Shown: positions 16,458 to 25,296 of the stretch, piece by piece
Layout: each line of letters opens with the position of its first letter
Position numbering within the stretch: the first letter of the stretch is position 1
Assembly (NCBI GenBank): GCA_003056265.1
Contig: NBVN01000004.1
Span: forward strand, 180,001 to 212,000
Length of the DNA: 32,000 bases
Reading direction: 5' to 3'
From: Zestosphaera tikiterensis
GTDB taxonomy: Archaea > Thermoproteota > Thermoprotei_A > Sulfolobales > NBVN01
Program-made: the position numbers and the translations under genes
Notes under the pieces: generated by a model
What the model was told of the DNA's origin: nothing
What the model saw: only the letters and a program-made list of their open reading frames with translations
Databases searched by the model: none

Positions 16458-17831
16458 ATGGACTTAACTATGATTTTACTTATGACTTTCTTAACCCTTA
16501 TCTCAACTATACTCTACATATTCATAGGTATTTTACCCGGTACTGACGAAACCGCTACGATGGCTCCCATAGCTTTAACTTTATTACTTGCGGGTGTCGA
16601 TCCCTTATTGGTTTTCGCGTGGTTTATGGCCAGCATAGCAGCTTTTAAAATGGCTGATAGCATACCGGTGGCTTTAGCTGGGATTCCAGGGGGTGTTATG
16701 GCTGTTCCTCAAGTTCCGGACGCTCTCGTAGCGAAGGAAAGCGGGTTGGCTGACACGATACTTAGGAAAGGCATTTGCTCTAGCGTTATTGGGCAGTTTG
16801 TGGGGTTATTCACAGCACTTACGCTTTCCTACGCTTTAATGCCTTTAGGTGATTGGCTTAGGGCTACGGACTTAATCTTAGGCGTTAAAGTTGCTAGGTG
16901 GTTTTGGTTAATCCTAACTGGTTTAATCATCTTGGCTTTAACATCTAGGAATAGATGGATAGCTTTAATTTCAATACCCGCTTTCGCACTTCTCGTGCAG
17001 GGCCTCAGAGGTGTTTACGGTAAGTCTGTATATATAAGCTTCTTCCTAGGGATTACCATAGGGCCTTTAATCTACGAGCTTGCCTCCGTACTTAATAAAG
17101 AACTTAGGAAAGACTACGTTAGGCGGGGACTTAAGAAAGTTACCTTAGCGAGGATAGGCGGGATAAGTTTAAACCCGCTTAAAAACTTAACTAAGGAGGA
17201 AGCAGCTCACAGTGCTGTATGGTCTGCAATAACTTCAGTTTTAGCTACAGTTATGTCGCCCGTCGGGTTAACCATATTAATAGGTGACATCCTCAGAGAG
17301 AGTAAGAAGGATAAGGTTAAAGGTTCAGTTCTAGCTTACACGGTTAGAGACGCTATTAAAAACGCTACATACGTCGGTGGGACTTTAATACCTTTAATCG
17401 TTATAGGGGTTCCAGTAGGGCCTATGAGTGCTGGTCCCGCAGCACCTTTCTTCCAGAAGATAGATTCCTTAGGTATGTCCCCAAGGGAGTATCTACTAAC
17501 TCACTACGATTACCTAACGTTAACTATCGTTGCGTTTGCTTCTTCAGCATTGGCTTTCCTCATATCCTATCCGGTGTTGGTTAAGTATTCGAGGAAGCTA
17601 ACCTTAGCTGTGTTTAGGAGGGTGCCGGCTGAATCGCTCTACGGCCTTTTCCTAGCTATAGTTCTCGTGTTAGCGTATTACGACGCTGGTATTGCCGGGA
17701 TTTTCGGTGTGCTAGCTATAGCTATAGTTTCAGGGGTTTTATGGAGGTTGGGCACGTCTCTAGGAGTTCTTTTCATGACTTTAGTGGCGGCTCCAACTAT
17801 AGTTGCTTTACTTACTGCGCTTACTTTTTAA
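16458..17831 (+). CDS. Polytopic membrane protein, possibly a TctA/DUF112-type transporter
   Basis: About 12 predicted hydrophobic segments, with an N-terminal GILPGTDETATMAPIAL resembling the TctA G-x-x-PG motif. The family assignment is tentative. Confidence 0.45.
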   Translation: MDLTMILLMTFLTLISTILYIFIGILPGTDETATMAPIALTLLLAGVDPLLVFAWFMASIAAFKMADSIPVALAGIPGGVMAVPQVPDALVAKESGLADTILRKGICSSVIGQFVGLFTALTLSYALMPLGDWLRATDLILGVKVARWFWLILTGLIILALTSRNRWIALISIPAFALLVQGLRGVYGKSVYISFFLGITIGPLIYELASVLNKELRKDYVRRGLKKVTLARIGGISLNPLKNLTKEEAAHSAVWSAITSVLATVMSPVGLTILIGDILRESKKDKVKGSVLAYTVRDAIKNATYVGGTLIPLIVIGVPVGPMSAGPAAPFFQKIDSLGMSPREYLLTHYDYLTLTIVAFASSALAFLISYPVLVKYSRKLTLAVFRRVPAESLYGLFLAIVLVLAYYDAGIAGIFGVLAIAIVSGVLWRLGTSLGVLFMTLVAAPTIVALLTALTF

Positions 17832-19180
17832 GTGTAAATTCTCTTTTTCCTTTCTTTTAATTTAACTATACCGTATGTGATTAAAGACGCAATGAAATAC
17901 ACCGTTATCCCCACCTTTTCATAAAGCTCTAGAGCTAGGGTGGTTAATAACATAAGGAAAAATAAAGCGTTAGCAAGTGTTGCTACGCTAATAAGTTTCT
18001 CTAACTTAGTTTCACTAGTTTTAAGATGTGTTAGTCCAGTGAATAGGTAAGCTATAACCACACCGAAAGACGCAATCCTAACAAACCTAGTAAGTAACGC
18101 CCTCCCTAGGAAAGTAGCTGTTAAAGCCGCTAACCCTACAGCCAGTATAGCTTTCCTTGGAACCCTGTATTGAGGGTTTATCTCGCTGAAACTTTCAGGA
18201 AGTAACTTCCTTAACGCCATAGCGTAAGCAAGTCTGGAAGACATTAGGAAGAATCCGTTAATCCCAGAGCAAATACCTGCTAAAGCACCAGCGGAAAGTA
18301 ATACTACACCAACCTGACCCGTTAGCTTCTCAGCCGTATATATAGTTGGCAAGTCAACTTTCGTTAGAGCGTCCCAAGGAGTTGATAGGGTTGAAGCAAC
18401 GGTTATAAAAGCATAGAACGTAGCGCCAACTAATAAACCAGTTAATAAAGCCTTAACGCTCTCCGCAGGTTTCCCCCTATACTCCTCTATAACCTGAGGT
18501 ATTGAGTTAAACCCTAGGAAAGCCCATGGTGCTATAGCGACCCAGCGAAAAACGCTGAGAACTGGAGTAGAGTTAAGACTCCACGGCGACGGATTCCATG
18601 AATTCCTTACATCACCTAAAAGGAAAGAAGTTGTTATGAAGAACAAACCAGTTGAAATTAGAATAAACGTAACTAATGTTTGAGCCATCCCCGAGATCCT
18701 AACCCCGAAACCGTTAATAACCGTGAAGACTATCACTAAAGTTGAAGACGCAACTAACCAACCTAAAGACACTGTATACTCACCAACTATGTATATCGGA
18801 ATGTAGTCTACGGCGTTAGGTATGAAAACCTTCAACCATAGAGGAAAAGCCGTCGCGTTAAGCGCTATTATGGAGGTGTAGCTTAATAAAAGCCACCAAC
18901 CCACGAAAAACGCTGACGACCTACCTAAAAACACATACGCCCATTCAAACTCGCCACCAACGCGAGGGTGTTTCACAGTCATGAAGTTATAGGACAACGC
19001 TATCGGAAGTAGGAGCAATACAGATAAGTATGCCGCTATAGCAACACCCCAAGGACCGGATGAAGAAAGCCATACAGGCGTTAACGTAAAGACACCCCAA
19101 CCTATGATACTTCCGAAAACCACGCTAAACACGTTTAACGTCGTTAACTCCCTAGGTAGAGAGCTTCCTTCACTCTCCAC
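17828..19180 (-). CDS. APC-superfamily amino acid/polyamine permease
   Basis: 450 aa with about 12 TM segments. The N-terminal FSVVFGSIIGWGVF motif is typical of APC permeases. Confidence 0.6.
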   Translation of the reverse strand: MESEGSSLPRELTTLNVFSVVFGSIIGWGVFTLTPVWLSSSGPWGVAIAAYLSVLLLLPIALSYNFMTVKHPRVGGEFEWAYVFLGRSSAFFVGWWLLLSYTSIIALNATAFPLWLKVFIPNAVDYIPIYIVGEYTVSLGWLVASSTLVIVFTVINGFGVRISGMAQTLVTFILISTGLFFITTSFLLGDVRNSWNPSPWSLNSTPVLSVFRWVAIAPWAFLGFNSIPQVIEEYRGKPAESVKALLTGLLVGATFYAFITVASTLSTPWDALTKVDLPTIYTAEKLTGQVGVVLLSAGALAGICSGINGFFLMSSRLAYAMALRKLLPESFSEINPQYRVPRKAILAVGLAALTATFLGRALLTRFVRIASFGVVIAYLFTGLTHLKTSETKLEKLISVATLANALFFLMLLTTLALELYEKVGITVYFIASLITYGIVKLKERKKRIYT

Positions 19181-19245
19181 ATTTCTTAACCTACGGAAAG
19201 TTTATGAGTTTAAGTATAAAAGCTGTGAAGAGTTAACTATATACG

Positions 19246-20012
19246 ATGAAGAACTCTAAGCTTTACGAAACCGTTAATGAAGGAGTTATTAAGTGTTTAG
19301 TTTGCGAAAGACGTTGTTTACTAACGCCAGGCAGGAAAGGTGTTTGCCGTAATTACTTAAACGTTGAAGGAAGGCTTGAACATTTAGGATATGGTAGGTT
19401 AAGCGCTGTGAAAAGCAGACCTATAGAAGTGAAGCCTTTATTCCATTATTGGCCTGGAAGTACAGCATTAACATACTCCACCTGGGGATGTAATTTCTAC
19501 TGCCCTTGGTGTCAGAACTTCTACCTTAGCTTTAACCATCCTAGGGATAACGACCCTGTCATCAATCCTGAGAGGCTTGTTGAGGAGGCTTTAAAAACGG
19601 TGATGAAGGTCTTTCAGCAAGTTTTAACGAACCTACCGTAAATTTAGATTACGTTATAGACGTAAGCACCATAGCTAAATCCAAAGGTCTTTACTCAATG
19701 CTCGTAACCAACATGTATTTCACTCTAAACTCTCTTAAAGCCCTCATAGAGTCGGGGGTTGACGGATTCTCCGCTGATATTAAAGGCTGTCCTAAAATGC
19801 GTCGAGCACTTGTCAATATAGACCATGAAGTTGTTTTTCGGAATGCTTCGTATGCTTTAGACTTAGGAGCGCATGTTGAGATGGTTTATTTAGTAGTTAC
19901 AAACACAAACGACTTCAACGAATGTTTCGAATGGATCATAGATAAACACCTTAAACATTTAGGTAGTGAAGTACCTCTACATATAAACAGGTATTACCCA
20001 AGACATAAATGG
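19246..20012 (+). pseudogene. AmmeMemoRadiSam/PflA-like radical SAM enzyme, 5' part (frameshifted in an A5 run at 19593-19597, then truncated by the IS607-type insertion)
   Basis: CLVCERRC...GVCRNY, and the radical SAM motif CNFYCPWCQN. The frame switches after EEALK, continuing as NGDEGLSASFNEPTVNLDY...VTNMYF. It ends ...HINRYYPRHKW at 20012. Confidence 0.8.
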
Positions 20013-20020
20013 GGTTCAGC

Positions 20021-21355
20021 TTACGTAGGCTTTTGTAAGCCTATGTAAGCCTTGGGGTTCATCAGGCTTAGCCACCTTCTTGAGTTCATCGATGGCATAT
20101 CATCGCCCTCACCCCCATTCGTGGCAACCCCGCCCAGAGCCCTCATCTGCATCCTCCACCGAGGGATCATCTTCCTAATCACCGCACGGTAGAAGGTGCT
20201 TGGGCTCTGGGGAAAGCCACACATCCTAAGGTATATGTTTATTGCTCCACACAACTGTCTATCTAGTTCTAAACCACATTTTACACATCTAACCACCTGC
20301 CCCTTTCGGAGCTTCACCATCTCTCCTCCACATGCAGGGCAGGTTGAGCTACTGTTTTTAGGGTCTATAAGCTCAACTCTACCCTTATAGCTCATGTACT
20401 GTACTATCTGCTTCCAGTTCTGCTTACCAACATCTCTATTATGCTTCCTAGAATGTCCGTACATATTATTTTTGCTCAAATCTTCGAAGCCGTGAACTGT
20501 GTTTGGAAATTTACTAGTTAACTCTGTAGTTAATTTATGTACAAAGTCTTTAGCTCTATTCCTCTCCCTTTCACCATGTCTAGATGCTCTCTCCTTTACT
20601 GAAAATTTTCTACTAGCTACCCTCTGAGCCTTCTTCCTCTTTACCTCGTGCACTCTGTGGATGTGGTACAGCTTGCTTAGGTCAACTCTCACCCATCCAT
20701 GCTTCGGTGAAAAACCGTCGAGGCTGAACAGGTTTAAGTCCCAGCCAATTCTCTCTGCATACTTCTCCTTTATAGGTTTTCTGAAGGTTATTATCAGTTC
20801 GTGCCTTGTTAATATTAACTCACCTAATTCTAGCTCCTTAACCCTGTTCTTAAACCATGACCTGTTTAAATCGAATTCTAAGTAGTGTTTTCTAGGAGCT
20901 ATAGTTACTCTTATCCTTCCGTCCCTATAGACATATAGTGTTTCCTTCACCCTCACAAACAATCGTTTCACAACTGGCTTCTCCCTCCTCCTTTCCCCCT
21001 TAACATAGTTCCTTCTCCAAGACTTCAGAATAGAGTAAGCTACCTTTATCGCGGAATCAACATAATGAGGAGCGTAGTTCCAACAGTTCATCAACTCATT
21101 CCTGAGTTGCCTCTTAAACTCCTTAGTCCTCGGAACTACTGGAATAAGTCTCCTGACGCGATAGTATCTCCTAATTTTCTTCCCTTCACGCTCAACTATG
21201 TAGTACTTCTTTTCCCATTTCCTAACCCACTTGATGTTGCTCCAGATTATGTCTATTGCCCTCTGTAGCAGGGAGCGGTAGCAGAGCAAGAAGCCACTAA
21301 CGTCATAGCCATGTTTAATCTTATAGCTAACTATCCTGTAGGAGTTGCTTCGCAC
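20021..21355 (-). CDS. tnpB: TnpB, lineage 2 (IS607-associated), canonical RuvC triad
   Basis: [11 protein letters not shown] (RuvC-I), VHGFEDLSK (RuvC-II), and [11 protein letters not shown]...[20 protein letters not shown] (CxxC...CxxC plus RuvC-III). Confidence 0.9.
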   Translation of the reverse strand: MRSNSYRIVSYKIKHGYDVSGFLLCYRSLLQRAIDIIWSNIKWVRKWEKKYYIVEREGKKIRRYYRVRRLIPVVPRTKEFKRQLRNELMNCWNYAPHYVDSAIKVAYSILKSWRRNYVKGERRREKPVVKRLFVRVKETLYVYRDGRIRVTIAPRKHYLEFDLNRSWFKNRVKELELGELILTRHELIITFRKPIKEKYAERIGWDLNLFSLDGFSPKHGWVRVDLSKLYHIHRVHEVKRKKAQRVASRKFSVKERASRHGERERNRAKDFVHKLTTELTSKFPNTVHGFEDLSKNNMYGHSRKHNRDVGKQNWKQIVQYMSYKGRVELIDPKNSSSTCPACGGEMVKLRKGQVVRCVKCGLELDRQLCGAINIYLRMCGFPQSPSTFYRAVIRKMIPRWRMQMRALGGVATNGGEGDDMPSMNSRRWLSLMNPKAYIGLQKPT

Positions 21356-21917
21356 TTTTAACCACCTCCCTATACTTATGACTCCTCATACCATAGAGTT
21401 TGCCCGCGAAGTGGGAGATAATCGTTATTAAGTCCTCCACTAACTCCTCCTTTAGCTCCTTCTCTTCTCGATTTATCACGATAATTTCAGTACCATAGCT
21501 CTGGAAGAATTGCTGAAGTATTTTGAACCCAAATCTTGCTAACCTATCGGGATAAGCGATAATGACTTTCGATACTTCTCTATTAATAACCATTTTGAGG
21601 AGTTTTTGAAAGCCTCTTCTATCCTCATTTAAACCGCTACCAATGTCCTTAAGGATTTCAATGCTCCATCCCCGTTCCTTTGCATACTGGTTTATAGCTT
21701 CAATCTGCCTCTCTAAATCATCTCTCTGAGTATGAGAGGATACTCTGACATATCCAACTACTTTCCTCTCCTCATGCAGTCCCAGAATCCTCTTAATCTC
21801 AGACTCAGGCACTCTACGCTTACCACCAACAGTCCTAACACAACGTATCTTACCCTCCCTATCCCACTTCTGCAGAGTCCTCACATGAACGCCAAGTATC
21901 TCCGAAGCCTCCTTCAT
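21327..21917 (-). CDS. tnpA: IS607-type TnpA serine recombinase (MerR-like HTH plus resolvase catalytic domain)
   Basis: [24 protein letters not shown] followed by [18 protein letters not shown]. 196 aa. It overlaps the tnpB start by 29 nt. Confidence 0.9.
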   Translation of the reverse strand: MKEASEILGVHVRTLQKWDREGKIRCVRTVGGKRRVPESEIKRILGLHEERKVVGYVRVSSHTQRDDLERQIEAINQYAKERGWSIEILKDIGSGLNEDRRGFQKLLKMVINREVSKVIIAYPDRLARFGFKILQQFFQSYGTEIIVINREEKELKEELVEDLITIISHFAGKLYGMRSHKYREVVKSAKQLLQDS

Positions 21918-21989
21918 CGTATACAGCTTTTCTATCTTCGCCTACCAATTTCTATGATCACTTACCAAGTATTTAACTGTTTCAGTCGG

Positions 21990-22250
21990 CGTGAACCACC
22001 GACCCCCATAAGCAAGTTGCTTGAGATACGTAACTACGCAATTAAAGAAGGCATTGAATACGTTTACGTAGGTAATGTACATGATTTAAACCTCGAATCA
22101 ACGTACTGCCCTAAATGCGGTAAGTTAGTGATATGGCGGGGGAATTACCGAGTTCTAAAGTTTAACTTAGACTGCACGCAAGGCGTGTATAGATGCCCTA
22201 GATGTGGGTATAAAATACCTATTACTGGGAAGTATGTTATGAAGTTTTAA
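21990..22250 (+). pseudogene. Radical SAM enzyme, 3' part
   Basis: REPPTPISKLLEIRNYAIKEGIEYVYVGNV...TYCPKCGKLV...YRCPRCGYKI. Only this part of track ORF 21732..22250 belongs to the host gene. Confidence 0.8.
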
Positions 22251-22480
22251 ACGACTATAGGTATCTTAGCTTCTTTCCTAATTTCATTGAATTCATCTAT
22301 GCTAAGTCCAGCTAATTTAGCTGCGAGCTTAAGGTCGCCGAGTTCTATGAAGCATTTTAAAGCTGATTTTATTGGTTCTGGCTGTGATTCTATAAAACTC
22401 CAGTCAGCATACTTTCTTCTAATCTCTCTAGCCTCCCTATCCTCCTCCTCCCACTTCTTGAGGATTTCCTCAAGCTTCAT
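22247..22480 (-). CDS. UPF0175-like antitoxin paralogue (downstream copy, no cognate toxin after it)
   Basis: 77 aa with a C-terminal HTH-like LAAKLAGLSIDEFNEIRKEAKIPIVV. Its start overlaps the PIN stop (ATGA). Confidence 0.6.
   Translation of the reverse strand: MKLEEILKKWEEEDREAREIRRKYADWSFIESQPEPIKSALKCFIELGDLKLAAKLAGLSIDEFNEIRKEAKIPIVV
22332..22459. repeat. 128-bp direct repeat, copy A (1 mismatch versus 23068..23195)
   Basis: AGGTCGCCGAGTTCTATGAAGCATTTTAAAGCTG...CCTCCTCCTCCCACTTCTT. The only difference is T/C at GGCTG[T/C]GATTC. Confidence 0.95.
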
Positions 22481-22983
22481 AGCCCAAGTTCCTCCAACCT
22501 CTTTCTGGAAAATCTAAAGGAAGTCTCGTTAATAAACTTTTCAATGACGTCCTTTAACCTATCTTTAGGTGTTGCTAACACTAAAACATCGAGTGAGTCG
22601 TAAACTCTAACACCTTTATATCTTTCAACGACTTCAACAAGTCTTTTCGGTGCTTTATTATCTGTAAGGAGCGGTATGTTTAACCTCTTAGCTAATACGA
22701 AAGCGTAAAGCTCAGGTGGATCAAGAGTTGGGATGGAAGGATATTGAGCCATTAAAGACATTATTTCAAGCACTTCATTTTCATCCAACCTAGTTACTGG
22801 CGTAAGAACTAAGTATCTCCCTGATAACCACTCAGCCGATAATGCCCGAGCTTTAGCACTTTTTATCTCCGCAAAAACCACTTCAGGCATGAAAAGCCTA
22901 CTGAATAGATTCTTAAGCAGAGCTACTTCTGAAAAAGAAGCCCAATTTATTAGGAAGCAAGCATCAATAACCGCTGCCTCCAT
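22477..22983 (-). CDS. PIN-domain protein (DUF3368/COG2405-like toxin candidate)
   Basis: AVIDACFLINWASF...LLKNLF..LFMPEVVFAEI fits the DUF3368 PIN N-terminus. 168 aa, with a later LTDN acidic motif. Confidence 0.65.
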   Translation of the reverse strand: MEAAVIDACFLINWASFSEVALLKNLFSRLFMPEVVFAEIKSAKARALSAEWLSGRYLVLTPVTRLDENEVLEIMSLMAQYPSIPTLDPPELYAFVLAKRLNIPLLTDNKAPKRLVEVVERYKGVRVYDSLDVLVLATPKDRLKDVIEKFINETSFRFSRKRLEELGL

Positions 22984-23219
22984 TAAACAACCACCGGTAT
23001 CCTAGCTTTCTTCCTTAACTCATTAAACTCATCAACACTCATGTTAGCTATCCTAGAAGCTACATATAGGTCGCCGAGTTCTATGAAGCATTTTAAAGCT
23101 GATTTTATTGGTTCTGGCTGCGATTCTATAAAACTCCAGTCAGCATACTTTCTTCTAATCTCTCTAGCCTCCCTATCCTCCTCCTCCCACTTCTTACGAC
23201 GCGTTAAAACTTCAGACAT
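22983..23219 (-). CDS. UPF0175-like antitoxin paralogue (upstream copy)
   Basis: MSEVLTRRKKWEEEDREAREIRRKYADWSFIESQPEPIKSALKCFIELGDL...VDEFNELRKKARIPVVV. Its stop overlaps the PIN start (TAATG). The ORF track extends to 23261. Confidence 0.6.
   Translation of the reverse strand: MSEVLTRRKKWEEEDREAREIRRKYADWSFIESQPEPIKSALKCFIELGDLYVASRIANMSVDEFNELRKKARIPVVV
23068..23195. repeat. 128-bp direct repeat, copy B
   Basis: See 22332..22459. The repeats lie 736 bp apart and bracket the PIN gene. Confidence 0.95.
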
Positions 23220-23411
23220 TTCAATTACCCCATTAAGTTCATAGATTTCAAGCTTAATCATTGATTTTAATTATTGCTCATAACCCTTCAACGCATAAGG
23301 TCGTTATTAATAAGCTATAAAGCAGAACCTTTCACTAAATCTAAAACTGTAGGCTATAAGTGTTCATTCCTGCTTTTTAAGTAGGGCTTTCGATTGTAAA
23401 AACGTGTTTTG

Positions 23412-24077
23412 TTATGCTTGATTTTCGGCAGTGGCTTTCGAAGATTCTTGAGTGCCTAGAGGTACTGCCGGTAGTGCTGGGAATGCTTCCTTCATTCTTT
23501 GCTCAGCCACTACCTTAGCTTCCTCGAGTATCTTCCTAGCCTCAGGGCTTGAGTACATGCTCGTAGATCCTACGCCAATCATCTCACCGGCTTCCATTAA
23601 AGTCTCCTGCAACATCTCCTGCACTTCTCCTAACTCTATACCTATCTCAGGTAGTACAGACTTTATAGCTTCTCTAACGTCTTTAACTACCGACACGACT
23701 GGCCCTAAGTAGGCGGCTACCTCACCTATCTCCCTAATCGACTCAACCCTCAAAGCTACTTGCTCTAAAGCTACCTGCACTAGGAAGAGGTTCTTAGCCA
23801 CCTTCCTCAGCTCAGCTACTTCGTTAGCGTACATAACGGCTCTTGTTTGATCTTTAGATAGGAGGGCGTCAACTACACGCTCGAAAAGTTCTTTATCCCT
23901 AGCCTTAAGCCTTTCGAGGTAGACCTCAAGCCTTTTAGTCATAGAGTTTATCTTATATTGAGCCATAGCAAGCCTAAACCTTAAAGGCTTCTCCCTATGG
24001 AAGACTCCCTTAAGTTGATCACCGATGGTTTTATCTTTACCCTTCCAAGACTTCTCAAACTCTTTAAAGCTCGACAT
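23412..24077 (-). CDS. cdvB: ESCRT-III/Snf7-family protein (CdvB paralogue)
   Basis: 221 aa and helical. The N-terminal basic and C-terminal acidic layout, with LRFRLAMAQYKINSMTKRLEVYLERLKARDKELFERVV..., is typical of crenarchaeal CdvB-type proteins. Confidence 0.75.
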   Translation of the reverse strand: MSSFKEFEKSWKGKDKTIGDQLKGVFHREKPLRFRLAMAQYKINSMTKRLEVYLERLKARDKELFERVVDALLSKDQTRAVMYANEVAELRKVAKNLFLVQVALEQVALRVESIREIGEVAAYLGPVVSVVKDVREAIKSVLPEIGIELGEVQEMLQETLMEAGEMIGVGSTSMYSSPEARKILEEAKVVAEQRMKEAFPALPAVPLGTQESSKATAENQA

Positions 24078-24191
24078 TTATATACTCACCGAAAAATAGC
24101 TAAAAGTCTTAACATGCTTAAAAAGGCTAACCCTCTTCCATGGCCTCCTTTAAAGTATAACGACTACATACGTAAAACCGTCACTAACTTC

Positions 24192-25151
24192 TTAAACTGT
24201 TTCTTTTTCTATGAACTCTTTATAGAGTTGTATGGATTTGGTTTCCCTTGGGTTGATGTTCCTCTGAAGTGCGTGGATTACCGAAGCAACACCTAAGACC
24301 TGCGACCACTTAATGACGTTGGGTATGAACTCACCGTCTAACGTTAGGGTATATGTTTTGATGGATAGGTTGGTTAAATAGTTTATTAGGAAATCCATGG
24401 CTTTATCTCCAGACCTTCTAAAGATTAAAGCAGTTAAGCCTTCTTTAGGCACTTCCCACCCAACGATGTCGTTGTGAAATCCTTCAGGGTATACCTCAAC
24501 TTTACCTAGGACCTTAGCGTTTTCATTGAACTCATTCTTAGCTCTTAAAGCTAGGGGGTAGTACTCACTGTCAGATATAAATACAGGAGTGTTAGAACTT
24601 ATGAAGGACGCTATATCCGATGCAGCCTTAAGCAACTCCTCCTTACGCATTAACTTATCTATGATGTCATATTTTGAGACGTAGGTCACTATTCCTAAAG
24701 ACTTAAGTAACTTTAATGAACCAATTAACAACGCTGGGAAGGAAGTTCTGGGGGTTCTTCCAGAAGCAACTTTAAAATATGGTAAGCCTTTCTCAACAGC
24801 TATCTTTAAAAGCGAACCTCCCGAAGCTACAACACATACCTTAACTCCTCTCTCAAAAGCTTCACGTACAACCCTTAAGGTCTCCGTAGTATTTCCAGAG
24901 TAGCTAATGGCAAGCAATAACCACCGCTTACTCACATATCTAGGTAATCTAGAGTTTTTAACGACTATTAAAGGCTTTTCTAACTGATTTAAACTCTCTA
25001 CATAGAGTACATCACCAACAATACCCGAACCGCCCATCCCAGCAACCACTAAGCCTTCAACGTCAATAAGTTGCATAGTGTTTTGCGGTTCCTGATCTAG
25101 TGAAGACTTAATTAAAACATCCCAATCCAAATATTCATTTATAAACTCCAT
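24192..25151 (-). CDS. Bifunctional phosphoglucose/phosphomannose isomerase (SIS domain, crenarchaeal PGI/PMI type)
   Basis: 319 aa. GMGGSGIVGD and the SIS motif AISYSGNTTETL, with a second SIS-like half. Confidence 0.7.
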   Translation of the reverse strand: MEFINEYLDWDVLIKSSLDQEPQNTMQLIDVEGLVVAGMGGSGIVGDVLYVESLNQLEKPLIVVKNSRLPRYVSKRWLLLAISYSGNTTETLRVVREAFERGVKVCVVASGGSLLKIAVEKGLPYFKVASGRTPRTSFPALLIGSLKLLKSLGIVTYVSKYDIIDKLMRKEELLKAASDIASFISSNTPVFISDSEYYPLALRAKNEFNENAKVLGKVEVYPEGFHNDIVGWEVPKEGLTALIFRRSGDKAMDFLINYLTNLSIKTYTLTLDGEFIPNVIKWSQVLGVASVIHALQRNINPRETKSIQLYKEFIEKETV

Positions 25152-25296
25152 GCGTACAACCTAATTATAATGTAACGATTTATTTTTAAACCTGAAGACC
25201 TGAAGGGTCTTATACAGTTCTCTGCTGGACCTTAAAACTTATCGGAGAAACTATACTCTAACCCTAAAGTAAAACGCTTATAATGTCTAAGGTAAG

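Larger units (their letters stand above)
20013..21989 (-). mobile_element. IS607-family element (serine-recombinase tnpA plus tnpB)
   Basis: Removing 20013..21989 rejoins the radical SAM gene in frame as ...YPRHKW|REPPTPISK.... GG precedes both junctions (TGG|GG and CGG|CG). No obvious target duplication. Confidence 0.85.

Noticed and set aside
21732-22250. 172-aa ORF treated as a single gene
   Set aside because: The N-terminal ~85 codons are antisense to tnpA and the IS607 end. Only 21990..22250 is host radical SAM sequence.
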